From Acidimicrobiia bacterium (lineage in GTDB: Bacteria > Actinomycetota > Acidimicrobiia > Spongiisociales > Spongiisociaceae): a stretch of DNA of 64,000 bases. The notes beneath the pieces are model-generated. The model did not search any database, was not told where the DNA came from, and saw only the letters and a list, made by a program, of their open reading frames with translations. The stretch is from positions 1,412,882-1,476,881 of the forward strand of contig OY760694.1 of the NCBI GenBank assembly GCA_963663955.1, in the 5' to 3' direction. Both the position numbers and the translations under genes were made by a program. Shown one piece after another: positions 47,219-57,105 of the stretch; within the stretch, counting starts at the first letter, position 1; each line of letters opens with the position of its first letter.

Positions 47219-48187
47219 ATGACGCGCTACCTACTCAGACGAACGGTCAACACGCTCGTGCTGCTGCTGGTGCTGGTCTCGTTCGTGTTCCTTGCCGGGC
47301 GTATGATCGGTGATCCAGCCCTCAACATCCTCGGCCTCAACGCTTCCGGCCAAGCGCTCGAAAACTTCCGGGAGAACACCGGACTCAACGATCCTCTCAT
47401 TGAACAGTATGGCCGGTTCCTTACGGATGTCATCTCCGGTGATTTCGGGGTGAGTTATCGGTACGGGTTCTCGGTGCTGCCGTCCGAGGAACTCCGCGGC
47501 GCGGGAACGGAGGTCCTGCCACTCGTCTTGGAGCGGCTTCCGGCCACCTTCCGGTTGGCGGGGGTGGCCATATTCATTGCGGTAGCCCTGGCGCTCGGGC
47601 TGGGACTGGTGGCTGCGATGCGACCCGGTTCATGGGTCGATCGCATCATCAACATAATCGCTCTGGCCGGTGTTTCCATCGTTCAGTTCTGGCTCGGTCT
47701 GGTTCTCATCGTGGTGGTTTCTGTCCATCTCGGCTGGCTACCCACCTCCGGGTACGGAACATGGCAACATGTGATCCTGCCTGCTCTCACGCTGGCGGCT
47801 AGACCTACGGGGCGGATCGCTCAGGTTGTTCGCAGCTCGATGCTCGACGAACTCTCCAAACCGTACGTCGAAACGGCCCGTTCCAAAGGTGCGTCGACAC
47901 CGAGGATCGTCCTTATCCACACCCTCAAGAACGCCTCGGTCCCCATCGTGACCATGATCGGTGACGAACTCGGCGCGTTGCTGACGGGAGCCGTTCTGGT
48001 CGAGACGGTGTTCGCTTGGCCCGGGGTCGGCCTGCTTCTGGTCGATTCATTGGTCCGGCGCGATCTTCCCCTCATCCAGGCCGCCATCTTTGTGGTCGCC
48101 ACCCTCGTCATACTGGTCAACTTTGCGGTAGACGTCGCCTACTCGTTCCTCGACCCGAAGATAAGACTCGCAGGTGGGCGCGCATGA
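47219..48187 (+). CDS. Dpp/Opp ABC permease (DppB-like)
   Basis: GDPA, GDFGVSY, RLPAT, ILPALTL, TARSKG, VETVFAWPGVG, DPKIR. Confidence 0.92.
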   Translation: MTRYLLRRTVNTLVLLLVLVSFVFLAGRMIGDPALNILGLNASGQALENFRENTGLNDPLIEQYGRFLTDVISGDFGVSYRYGFSVLPSEELRGAGTEVLPLVLERLPATFRLAGVAIFIAVALALGLGLVAAMRPGSWVDRIINIIALAGVSIVQFWLGLVLIVVVSVHLGWLPTSGYGTWQHVILPALTLAARPTGRIAQVVRSSMLDELSKPYVETARSKGASTPRIVLIHTLKNASVPIVTMIGDELGALLTGAVLVETVFAWPGVGLLLVDSLVRRDLPLIQAAIFVVATLVILVNFAVDVAYSFLDPKIRLAGGRA

Positions 48188-49209
48188 CGGAGGAGATACG
48201 GACCGGTGAACACCCTCCGCCACCCGACCGGTCCGAGCGGCTTTCCAGATGGACCTATATAGCGGCGCTGGCCCGTGACCCGGTTCCGTTATTGGCCACC
48301 GTATATCTTGTCCTCTTGGTTGTTTCAGCCGTCTTTGCCGACTTGGTCGCTCCTTACGACCCTATAAAGCAGAACCTGCGAGGTCGACTGGCGCCTCCGT
48401 TTTCCGCTGACGCGGGAGGTGGGTTCATCCACCTCCTCGGCACCGACGAGTTGGGCAGGGACATGCTGAGCCGTGTCATCTTCGGAGCGCGGGTCTCGCT
48501 GTCGGTTGGGGTTCTCGGCGCCGTTGTTTCAGGGATTATCGGTGTCAGCCTCGGGCTGGTGGCGGGCTACCGGCGCGGGTTTGTCGAGGACGCCATAATG
48601 CGCCTCGTCGACGGGATGCTGGCCTTGCCGTCACTGCTGGTCGCCCTTTTCATCCTATTCCTGACCGGGGCGGGGTTCCTCAACTTGATCATCGTGTTCA
48701 CTCTGCTGCGATGGATGGTCTACGCGCGCATGACCAGAGGACTTACCCTCAGTTATCGGGAACTGGACTTCGTCAAAGCCGCTCGCGCACTCGGGAATCG
48801 CAGCGTCCGGGTCATGTTCCGCCACATCCTGCCCAACACCCTGTCCCCTCTCCTGGTGCTGGCAACACTCGAGGTTGCATTCCTGATTCTCTCCGAAGCG
48901 TCCCTCAGCTTTCTGGGCTTCGGGATCCAGCCTCCCAATCCCTCATGGGGTTTGATGATTGCCAACGGTCGTGAATGGTTGCAGCAGGCGTGGTGGCTGG
49001 TCACCTTCCCCGGCCTCGCAATCCTGCTGACCGCCCTTAGCTTGAACCTCCTTGCAAACTGGGTCCGGACCGTCACCGATCCGGTACAGCGATGGCGACT
49101 GCTTACGCCTTCGACAAAGCCGCAACGTCGCCTCTTTCGAGCCAAGGCTCGCTTGGCCGAGCGAGGGACAGGTGGGGTTGAGACCGCAATACCCGGTGGT
49201 CCGGAATGA
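48184..49209 (+). CDS. Dpp/Opp ABC permease (DppC-like)
   Basis: HLLGTDELGRD, GARVSL, AARALG, RHILPN, EASLSFLGFG, PSWG, WWLVTFPG. Confidence 0.92.
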   Translation: MTEEIRTGEHPPPPDRSERLSRWTYIAALARDPVPLLATVYLVLLVVSAVFADLVAPYDPIKQNLRGRLAPPFSADAGGGFIHLLGTDELGRDMLSRVIFGARVSLSVGVLGAVVSGIIGVSLGLVAGYRRGFVEDAIMRLVDGMLALPSLLVALFILFLTGAGFLNLIIVFTLLRWMVYARMTRGLTLSYRELDFVKAARALGNRSVRVMFRHILPNTLSPLLVLATLEVAFLILSEASLSFLGFGIQPPNPSWGLMIANGREWLQQAWWLVTFPGLAILLTALSLNLLANWVRTVTDPVQRWRLLTPSTKPQRRLFRAKARLAERGTGGVETAIPGGPE

Positions 49210-50225
49210 CCCCGGCGCTATCCGCGGCTCCCGAACCTCTTCTGGTGGTGGAGGACCTGCGAGTTACGTTCGATACCGTGACCGGACCTCTCCGCGCGGT
49301 TAGGGGCGTGTCCTTCGAGGTTCAGCCGGGCGAGACACTGGGCATCCTCGGTGAATCCGGCTCGGGCAAGAGCGTGACCATGCAGGCGGTAATGAGGCAG
49401 GTGCCTCAGCCACCGGGCCGGACCTCCGCCAAGAGACTTCGCTTTCGGGACCATGATCTCCTGACTGCCGATCGGAGGACGGTGCGTAACATTCGGGGTG
49501 AGGGCATAGCCATGATCTTCCAAGACGCTCTCACCTCGCTCAACCCGTCGCTGACGGTTGGATACCAGATAGGTGAGATGTACAGGGTGCGTCGCGGCGC
49601 CTCACGCAAGGAGACACGCGAGCTCGCCATCGAGCTGATGGATCGGGTTGGGATCCCGTCGGCTGCTAAACGAATCCGCGATTACCCGCATCAATTCTCG
49701 GGCGGCATGCGCCAGCGAGTCATGATCGCCACCGCGCTTGCGCTCGATCCGGAGATACTCATCGCCGATGAGCCGACCACCGCTTTAGATGTCACCGTGC
49801 AGAGCCAGATAATGGAACTGCTTGCGGAACTCAAGGAGGAGTCCGGCATGGCTGTCGTCTTGATAACCCATGACCTGGGAGTCATCTCGGAAGTGGCGGA
49901 CCGGGTGCTGGTGATGTATGCGGGAGAGATCGTCGAGACCGGGTCGATGGAGAACCTGCTAGACGCACCCGGACATCCCTACACACGAGGACTCATAGGC
50001 TCGATACCTTCCGTTGCGGGTGGCCAAGCACGGTTGTTACCCATACCGGGGTCGCCTCCGGTACCCACCAGTATCCCTGCCGGTTGTCCGTTCGAGCCGC
50101 GGTGCAGGTGGCGTCGTGACCGATGCACCGTGGAGGCGCCTCGGCTGCGGGCCGTCGAGGGCTTTGAAGACCGGTTCAGCGCCTGCCACTTCGCTATGGA
50201 GGTACTCGATGAACCGCGTGGTTGA
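49206..50225 (+). CDS. Dpp/Opp ABC ATP-binding protein (DppD-like)
   Basis: [42 protein letters not shown]. Confidence 0.92.
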   Translation: MTPALSAAPEPLLVVEDLRVTFDTVTGPLRAVRGVSFEVQPGETLGILGESGSGKSVTMQAVMRQVPQPPGRTSAKRLRFRDHDLLTADRRTVRNIRGEGIAMIFQDALTSLNPSLTVGYQIGEMYRVRRGASRKETRELAIELMDRVGIPSAAKRIRDYPHQFSGGMRQRVMIATALALDPEILIADEPTTALDVTVQSQIMELLAELKEESGMAVVLITHDLGVISEVADRVLVMYAGEIVETGSMENLLDAPGHPYTRGLIGSIPSVAGGQARLLPIPGSPPVPTSIPAGCPFEPRCRWRRDRCTVEAPRLRAVEGFEDRFSACHFAMEVLDEPRG

Positions 50226-51225
50226 TTATGGTGAACCACTCCTCGTGGTGAAAGGCCTCACCAAACATTTCCGTAGCGGTCTCGGGACGTTCGGTCGGCG
50301 CACCGTGGTCCGGGCCGTTGACGGAGTTGACTTGACTCTCCTGCGCGGTGAAACCGTCGGACTGGTCGGCGAGTCCGGTTGTGGCAAGACGACAGTAGCC
50401 GAAACCCTCTTGCGGCTCATCGAACCTACGTCGGGCACGGCGCTCTACAAGGGTGAAGATCTGTTCTCGCTCTCACCCCCGGAGATGCGCCGAGCACGCA
50501 AACAGATCCAGATAATATTCCAGGACCCGTATGCATCACTGAATCCACGCATGAACGTCTTCGACATCATCAGCGAATCCTGGAAGGTGTTTCCCGAGAT
50601 CGAACCCCGGTCCGGGCGGCGGGCCAGGGTTCACCAGTTGCTCGAAAGGGTAGGGCTCGATTCGACCGACTCGGTTCGGTATCCACACCAGTTCTCCGGT
50701 GGGCAAAGGCAGCGCATCGGGATCGCTCGGGCACTTGCAGTCAGGCCGGAACTCATAATCTGTGATGAGCCGGTGTCGGCGCTAGATGTTTCGATCCAAG
50801 CTCAGATCCTTAATCTCTTGCGAGATATCCAGCGTGATGACGGCCTCACCTACTTGTTCATCTCCCATGACCTTTCAGTGGTGCGCCACATATGCGACCA
50901 GGTTGTTGTCATGTACCTCGGGCGGGTGGTAGAGACCGGCGCTACCGACCGGATCTTCGACAGTCCAGGTCATCCTTACACCCAAGCGCTCCTGTCAGCG
51001 GTACCGGTTCCTACATCAAGATCGAAAACGTCCCGGGAACGGATCAAGCTTGAAGGCGACGTACCCAGCCCTGCGGACCCCCCGTCGGGATGCCGGTTCC
51101 GGACCAGATGCCGGCACGCCCAGGATATCTGTGCGGAGCTGGAGCCGGTGCTCGACTCCCACCCCGTAGGACACCCGGTGGCTTGCCATTTCGCAGAATC
51201 CCGACCTGTCGTCTGGAACGCCTGA
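50209..51225 (+). CDS. Dpp/Opp ABC ATP-binding protein (DppF-like)
   Basis: [51 protein letters not shown]. Confidence 0.92.
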   Translation: MNRVVDYGEPLLVVKGLTKHFRSGLGTFGRRTVVRAVDGVDLTLLRGETVGLVGESGCGKTTVAETLLRLIEPTSGTALYKGEDLFSLSPPEMRRARKQIQIIFQDPYASLNPRMNVFDIISESWKVFPEIEPRSGRRARVHQLLERVGLDSTDSVRYPHQFSGGQRQRIGIARALAVRPELIICDEPVSALDVSIQAQILNLLRDIQRDDGLTYLFISHDLSVVRHICDQVVVMYLGRVVETGATDRIFDSPGHPYTQALLSAVPVPTSRSKTSRERIKLEGDVPSPADPPSGCRFRTRCRHAQDICAELEPVLDSHPVGHPVACHFAESRPVVWNA

Positions 51226-51226
51226 G

Positions 51227-52312
51227 GTGACGATAGAGGAGAACTCCGATTTCGCTGCTCGATCATCGGGCGCGTCGTCGCGGGATGCAGGCAGAGGATC
51301 GGAGAACCGGCGTCCGTCCGGCCGGGTTACCAGCCGCGAGGTGGCTGCTCTCGCTGGGGTCTCCAAGTCGACCGTTTCGAGGACCTTCACACCGGGGGCC
51401 AGCGCCTCTCCGGAGACTCGCCGCCGGGTGATCGAAGCGGCTGCGCAGCTGGGCTACCGGCCGAATATCCTGGCTCGAAGCCTCACCAAACAGAAGACGG
51501 GTATGGTTGGGATCCTGGTCGGTGACTTCCAGAATCCCCTATACCTTTGGTATCTGCGCGCGGTAACGAACGAACTCCGCCGGCACGGACTGCAAGGTCT
51601 GGTTTTCAACACCTCCGACCCGGACTCGGTCGCCGAGGCCCTCGCTCTGGTACTCCAGTTTCAGGTAGACGGGCTTCTCGTCACATCAACGGCCCTGTCG
51701 CTGCCCTTGATCGACGATTGCCGGCGGATCGGGACACCTATCGTTGCATGGGGAGCATTCGATCCCGAGGCCGTCGGATCCGGTGTGGCCTGCAACAATT
51801 ACGCCGCCGGCCTGACCGTCGCTCAACACCTGATCGACCTCGACAAACGGAATCCGGCGTACATCGGCGCGGGGAACGTTCCGACGTCGGCGCCAAGACT
51901 TTCGGGGTTTCAGGACGGATTCCACAACACCGACAGGAAGCCCACCGTCGTGAACACCGATGCTTACTCCTACGAGAGCGGAGTGCGCGCCATGCACGAA
52001 TTGGCAGCTAGGCAGCCGGGAGTTGACGCGGTCTTCTGCGCCGATGACAACCTGGCCTTGGGCGCCATGGATGCGGCTCGCTACCAACTCGGCTTGAGCG
52101 TTCCCGGTGACCTTGCCGTAGTCGGATTCGATGATCTCAGACCTGCATCCTGGCCCACTTACTCTCTGACCACGGTTCGGCAGCCGGTCGACAAGATGGT
52201 TGCGGTGGCGCTGGATATGCTGGCCGCGCGCATCGGAGATCCGTCCGGCGAGGCTACCGTCCGCCTTCTCGAAGGGGAACTCGTGGTCCGAGGCTCGACC
52301 CGCCCTGCGTAG
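51227..52312 (+). CDS. LacI family transcriptional regulator
   Basis: VAALAGVSKSTVSR, LGYRPNILARSL, VDG, VFCADD, VPGDLAVVGFDD, LTTVRQP, LVVRGST. Confidence 0.93.
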   Translation: MTIEENSDFAARSSGASSRDAGRGSENRRPSGRVTSREVAALAGVSKSTVSRTFTPGASASPETRRRVIEAAAQLGYRPNILARSLTKQKTGMVGILVGDFQNPLYLWYLRAVTNELRRHGLQGLVFNTSDPDSVAEALALVLQFQVDGLLVTSTALSLPLIDDCRRIGTPIVAWGAFDPEAVGSGVACNNYAAGLTVAQHLIDLDKRNPAYIGAGNVPTSAPRLSGFQDGFHNTDRKPTVVNTDAYSYESGVRAMHELAARQPGVDAVFCADDNLALGAMDAARYQLGLSVPGDLAVVGFDDLRPASWPTYSLTTVRQPVDKMVAVALDMLAARIGDPSGEATVRLLEGELVVRGSTRPA

Positions 52313-52390
52313 GAGGGTGCTAATAAAGTCCGCACAAAGGGGTTCGCGCCCTGTACGCAGAGTATCTACCAGGCAGTTTGCCGCCCTACG
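52310..52390. mobile_element. Palindromic MITE/REP-like element, copy 3 (right end eroded)
   Basis: TAGGAGGGTGCTAATAAAGTCCGCACAAAGGGGTTCGCG...CTACCAGGCAGTTTGCCG; begins at the lacI TAG stop. Confidence 0.65.
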
Positions 52391-52424
52391 TAGCTACTAT
52401 CAACAACCGTCGCCGAGGTCCCGG

Positions 52425-52748
52425 TCACCTACCCTGCTGTTCGATGATGTAGCGGGTCACCCGCAGTATTTGATCTTCAGTGAGGGTTCCTCTGAAAGAC
52501 GGCATCCTGCCCACCCCGGCGCTAATGGATTGTACGAAGTAGCGTTCTGGTTTATCGATCGAGCGGGCGTCGTCGCCCACCAGCGCAACCCCGGTACCTC
52601 CGGTCAGATCACTGCCGTGACACCGGGCGCATAGCTGGACGTATATCTCTTCGCCGGTGGCGTCTTCCGCCACTCCCCGACCCCCGCAGGCATTCAGAAG
52701 AACTGCCAGGACGATTATCAGGAACGAGCCGACCAGACGTTTGTTCAA
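52425..52748 (-). CDS. Monoheme c-type cytochrome lipoprotein
   Basis: Lipobox LNAC, CARCHG heme motif, distal Met in MPSF. Confidence 0.9.
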   Translation of the reverse strand: MNKRLVGSFLIIVLAVLLNACGGRGVAEDATGEEIYVQLCARCHGSDLTGGTGVALVGDDARSIDKPERYFVQSISAGVGRMPSFRGTLTEDQILRVTRYIIEQQGR

Positions 52749-53116
52749 GGTCCGGACCTATCCCGGATCGAGTTCAGGTAGTTGTAGATGGTTATGCGGC
52801 TCACCCCCATCTGGTCCGCTACCTCGTTGATCGACTTCCGCAACCGGAAAGCTCCTCGCTCGTCCAGCAGCCTTACCGCTACCTGCTTATGCACCCTCCC
52901 GAGGTTGGCCAGGTTACCGCCCAACTCGCTTTCAACCTGAGCAACCATGCGGTCGAGCACATCGTGGAGTGAGAGAACCTTGACGACGGCCAGAATCTCC
53001 CCCTCCCATTCCAGCGGAATGCAGTAACCATTCGTCTCACCGGGCGCCACGATCTCCGCCCCGACAGCCTTCACCAATGGCCGGATCGCCTCGATCAGAG
53101 GATGTTCTCCTGTCAC
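52745..53116 (-). CDS. Small HTH protein (YheO/DauR C-terminal HTH-like)
   Basis: KQVAVRLLDERGAFRLRKSINEVADQMGVSRITIYNYLN. Confidence 0.8.
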   Translation of the reverse strand: MTGEHPLIEAIRPLVKAVGAEIVAPGETNGYCIPLEWEGEILAVVKVLSLHDVLDRMVAQVESELGGNLANLGRVHKQVAVRLLDERGAFRLRKSINEVADQMGVSRITIYNYLNSIRDRSGP

Positions 53117-53343
53117 GGGGTTACGACCATGCTGACGGACACCCGGGTTGCTCCCGCCTCCATCGCCGCCCGGATGCCTCCGGCGACCGCCGCCAACACA
53201 TGGTCAAGCGAACCCTCCACCGCGGTGCCAAAGGGTCCGATGTCCGACTCCATGGGGGCTAGAGCCTGGATAGCCGCCTCGACATGGGGACCGGGGTTCC
53301 CCTCCTCGAACGGTTCCACGGTGAATTCGGCGCGGACCAGCAA
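53113..53343 (-). CDS. Small thiamine-binding/MTH1187-like ferredoxin-fold protein
   Basis: AEFTVEPF...HVEAA...DIGPFGTAVEG...GATRVS; GAAGGAG RBS before TTG at 53343. Confidence 0.65.
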   Translation of the reverse strand: MLVRAEFTVEPFEEGNPGPHVEAAIQALAPMESDIGPFGTAVEGSLDHVLAAVAGGIRAAMEAGATRVSVSMVVTP

Positions 53344-53503
53344 CCATGCTCCTTCGTCTGGTCGGCCAAGGGTAAACCTCCGGAATGGATTTGGAGGAAC
53401 CAAGCGTCTCTATAGACTATGCTTAACAGAATGTAAAGGCACCGGCGAGGCAACTCGGCTTGCCTTGGGGTGTCTACCGGTCTATGCGGTTGGAGGGCGC
53501 ATC

Positions 53504-56086
53504 ATGACCTTGATCGCTGAAAGAACGATCGACTTCAGACTCAACGGACAGGATGTTTCGGTACGGGCCGACCATCCCCACCTGCTTGCAGCCCTGCGTG
53601 AGGAGCTTGATATAACGTCGGCCAAGGACGGGTGCTCGCCGTCCGGCCAATGCGGCTGCTGTACCGTGCTGGTCAACGGCAGGGCCTTCGTGGCATGCGT
53701 CCTAGCGCTGGAGAAGGTAGCCGGAAAGGAAGTCGTGACCCTGGAAGGGTTCGACCCTGTGGAACGGGACCGCCTCGCTTCGGCGTTCGCGGTAACCGGT
53801 GCATTGCAGTGTGGTTTCTGCACCCCGGGTATCCTGGTCCGCGCCAAAGCGTTGATCGATCAGAAAGGTTCTCGGCTGACCAGACGTGTGGCAGCCGGTA
53901 GGTTGGGCGCTCATCTTTGCCGCTGCACGGGTTACACAAAAATATTCGACGCCATCGATCTGCTGACCTCCAGGGAAATACCTCCGATCGAGACTTCGGG
54001 AGGCATCGGAAAGTCGGGCATCAAGTACGAGGCTCGCGAGTTGGCTCTCGGGGACCGTCCCTACATAGACGACATCCGCTTCGACGGTATCCTCCATGCC
54101 GCTCTCCGCATGACCGATCATGCCCGGGCGGATGTACTGAGCATCGACACCGCCGCCGCAGAAGCCATCCCGGGTGTCCATGCCGTGTTCACGGCTGCCG
54201 ACGTTCCCGGTGACCTCAAGGTCGGCCTGATCCACAAGGATTGGCCGGTGATGATTCCTGAAGGTGGTCGGACCTCCTATTGCGGGGACGTGCTGGCGGT
54301 CGTTGTGGCCGAGGATCGGCTGACCGCGCGGGAGGCCACCGAGACGATCAAGGTCGACTACCGGGTCCTGAAGCCGTTTACCGATCCGGCCGTGGCGGTC
54401 GCATCTTCCGAGAACGCGGTCTGGGGACTGGAGGGCAACGTTCTCTCGGTCTCCGAATACGCCCGCGGTGATTTCGAATCCGCATACGCCGCCTCACCTC
54501 ACAAGGTGCATGAGACCTTCATAACCCAGCGGGTGGAGCATGCGTTTCTGGAGCCGGAGTCGACCCTGGTAGTTCCGGTGGGTGGCGGGCGGATGATGCT
54601 CTACTCCGGCGGCCAGGGGGTATGGGACGACCGCGACCAGGTGGCGTCGGTTCTGGGGATCGACCCATCCCGGATCACCGTCGAACTGGTATCCAACGGA
54701 GGCGCCTTCGGCGGCAAGGAAGACATGGCCAACCAGGCACAGACCGCCCTGGCCGCTTACCTCCTCGGACGCCCGGTCAAGTGCACTCTGTCGAGGGAGG
54801 AATCACTCCTTATCCATGCGAAACGCCACCCGATCCGTATCGAGTTGTGGGCGGCCTGCGATCAGAACGGCAAGCTGACCGCACTCAAAGCGCGCATGTT
54901 GGGTGATTCCGGTCCGTATGCCTCGGTCGGTATGAAGGTTCTGGAACGGGCGGCAGGTCATGCCAGCGGTCCTTACGTGGTTCCGAACATCGATGTGAGG
55001 TCGGTGGCCGCCCGGACCAACAACCCGGTCTGTGGCGCCTTCCGGGGATTCGGGGCCAACCAGGCCCAGTTCGCCATGGAAGGAGTCATCGACCGGCTTG
55101 CCGAACAGGTAGGGATTTCCGGATGGGAGATTCGCAACCGCAACGTCATCGAACCGGGCGTGGTGTGGGGCCCGGGGCAGATAATGGACGATGGATGCCG
55201 CGGCGCCCGCGAGTCTCTCAACGCGGTCAAACCCCACTACGACGCCGCCAAGGCGGCCGGGAAGGCGGTAGGGGTTGGTCTCGGCCTCAAGAACAGCGGC
55301 CTTGGCAACGGTTTCAAAGAGGTGGCCCGCGCCGTGGTCCGCTTCACCCGCGCAGGTAACCTCGAAGTGCGTCACTGCTGGACGGAGATGGGCCAGGGAA
55401 TCCACACCGTGGCCCAGCAGGTAGCGGCGGAGGAACTGGGGATCGATCCCGAGTCGATCCGGGTTATCGTCGATACCAGCCGTGAGCTCGGGGCGGGGCA
55501 GACTACCGGATCGAGAGGGACCCTGATGGGCGCCGGCGCGGTCCAGGCCGCTTGCCGGGCAGCGGATGAGGGAGGCCGGCTGCCGGAGGTCGACTACCAC
55601 GGGGAATACCGGGTTGACTGGACAAACTCCCTGAAAGAAGGTCTGCGGAACCCGACCATCCATTCGGCGTTCGGTTACGCCGCTCAGTTGGTTATAGCCC
55701 ACCCGAGAACGGGCCGGATCGAGCGGGTGGTAGCCGCCCACGATGTGGGCCGGGCCATGCATCCCGTTCTATGTGAAGGCCAGATCGAGGGTTCTGTTCA
55801 CATGGGTTTGGGCTATGCCCTCACGGAGGAGTTTCCCGCCGACGACCAAGGCCGACCCACCAACATGACTCTGCGTAGCCTCGGGATAATCCGTCCCAAG
55901 GACATGCCGCCGGTTGATGTGATCCTGGTCGAGGTTCCCCAACCACGCGCCCCGTACGGCATCAAAGGTGTCGGGGAGATCGGTTTGGTACCCACGGCCG
56001 GCGCCGTTGCAACCGCGTTGCACGAGGTGGACGGCCAATGGCGGAACCGACTTCCGATGGCTGTTCACCAACCGGTTGCCCGGTGA
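53504..56086 (+). CDS. Xanthine dehydrogenase family molybdoenzyme, fused 2x[2Fe-2S] and Mo-binding subunit (selenium-dependent XDH-like)
   Basis: KDGCSPSGQCGCC, QCGFCTPG, LCRCTGY, HAFLEPE, GGAFGGKED, GAFRGFG, EMGQG, TTGSR, GIKGVGE; GGAGG RBS before ATG at 53504. Confidence 0.9.
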   Translation: MTLIAERTIDFRLNGQDVSVRADHPHLLAALREELDITSAKDGCSPSGQCGCCTVLVNGRAFVACVLALEKVAGKEVVTLEGFDPVERDRLASAFAVTGALQCGFCTPGILVRAKALIDQKGSRLTRRVAAGRLGAHLCRCTGYTKIFDAIDLLTSREIPPIETSGGIGKSGIKYEARELALGDRPYIDDIRFDGILHAALRMTDHARADVLSIDTAAAEAIPGVHAVFTAADVPGDLKVGLIHKDWPVMIPEGGRTSYCGDVLAVVVAEDRLTAREATETIKVDYRVLKPFTDPAVAVASSENAVWGLEGNVLSVSEYARGDFESAYAASPHKVHETFITQRVEHAFLEPESTLVVPVGGGRMMLYSGGQGVWDDRDQVASVLGIDPSRITVELVSNGGAFGGKEDMANQAQTALAAYLLGRPVKCTLSREESLLIHAKRHPIRIELWAACDQNGKLTALKARMLGDSGPYASVGMKVLERAAGHASGPYVVPNIDVRSVAARTNNPVCGAFRGFGANQAQFAMEGVIDRLAEQVGISGWEIRNRNVIEPGVVWGPGQIMDDGCRGARESLNAVKPHYDAAKAAGKAVGVGLGLKNSGLGNGFKEVARAVVRFTRAGNLEVRHCWTEMGQGIHTVAQQVAAEELGIDPESIRVIVDTSRELGAGQTTGSRGTLMGAGAVQAACRAADEGGRLPEVDYHGEYRVDWTNSLKEGLRNPTIHSAFGYAAQLVIAHPRTGRIERVVAAHDVGRAMHPVLCEGQIEGSVHMGLGYALTEEFPADDQGRPTNMTLRSLGIIRPKDMPPVDVILVEVPQPRAPYGIKGVGEIGLVPTAGAVATALHEVDGQWRNRLPMAVHQPVAR

Positions 56087-57105
56087 GCAACACCACGCCG
56101 GGTCTGGTCTGCGCCCACCATCATCTCTATTCGACGCTGGCGAGGGGGATGCCTTCTCCTCCCGAGACGCCCACGGACTTCCAGGGCATTCTCGACCAGA
56201 TCTGGTGGCGTCTCGACATGGCCCTCGACCTCGAGATGATCCGCTGGTCCGCCATGCTGGGCGCGCTGGAAGCCCTGGAGTCGGGAACTACCGGTATCGT
56301 CGATCATCACGAGTCCCCCAATGCCATCGAGGGGAGCCTGTCGGTCATCGCTGATGCGTGCGCCGAGGTGGGGGTGCGAATCAATACCTGCTACGGGGTC
56401 ACCGATCGGCACGGTCCCGACGGCGCTCGGCGCGGCTTGGAGGAAAACCGTCGTTTCCTGACCGAGGACGGCCGGGGAATGGTCGGAATACACGCCGCCT
56501 TCACCTGCGAGCAGGAGACTCTGGAAACAGCCGCCGGCCTGGCTGAGGACCTCGGTTCGGGTGTCCACATCCATGTTTGTGAAGGCCCGGAGGATCGGAA
56601 AGCCCCCCGACGGTTGGATGGAATCACCACCCCCGCATGGCTGCTGGCCCACTGCGTTCACCTGCCCACTGAGCATTCGTTGCTCGGAACCGTCCTGCAC
56701 AACCCCCGCTCCAACCTCAACAACGCGGTCGGGTACGCCGACCCGGCTCGATTCAGCAACCCGGTAGCCCTCGGTACCGACGGCATCGGCGCCAATATGA
56801 TCGAGTCCTTCCGACTCGCCTACGCGCTAGGGCGTTCCGTTGATGTGACAGCCACTCCCGAAGCGGCCTGGACCTGGATGGAGACGGGATGGGAACTCAT
56901 GCCCGAATGCCGCTCCGACCGGGTTACCTGGAGCTACGACCCTATGGATCCCTGGTATGTAGCCTTCACCGCCGGGATACGGCCGATTGAAGTTGAAGTT
57001 GAAGGTGAAATTATCTACGAGAATGGCGCCCCGACTAGGGTCGACGCCGCCGAGATACGAGCCAAGGCCCGCGAGCAGGCGGCCCGGCTACACGACCGGC
57101 TGTGA
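56083..57105 (+). CDS. ssnA: SsnA-like amidohydrolase
   Basis: PGLVCAHHHLYSTLARG, IWWRLD, GTT..VDHHES, IHAAFT, HIH, AHCVH, HNPRSN, LGTDG; GTG overlaps the xdh stop. Confidence 0.75.
   Translation: MSNTTPGLVCAHHHLYSTLARGMPSPPETPTDFQGILDQIWWRLDMALDLEMIRWSAMLGALEALESGTTGIVDHHESPNAIEGSLSVIADACAEVGVRINTCYGVTDRHGPDGARRGLEENRRFLTEDGRGMVGIHAAFTCEQETLETAAGLAEDLGSGVHIHVCEGPEDRKAPRRLDGITTPAWLLAHCVHLPTEHSLLGTVLHNPRSNLNNAVGYADPARFSNPVALGTDGIGANMIESFRLAYALGRSVDVTATPEAAWTWMETGWELMPECRSDRVTWSYDPMDPWYVAFTAGIRPIEVEVEGEIIYENGAPTRVDAAEIRAKAREQAARLHDRL

Noticed and set aside
53102-53503. 134-aa N-terminal extension of the XDH ORF (similar extensions on drmC, dppC, dppF and potC)
   Set aside because: The extensions overlap other genes, and RBS-supported or stop-coupled downstream starts exist.
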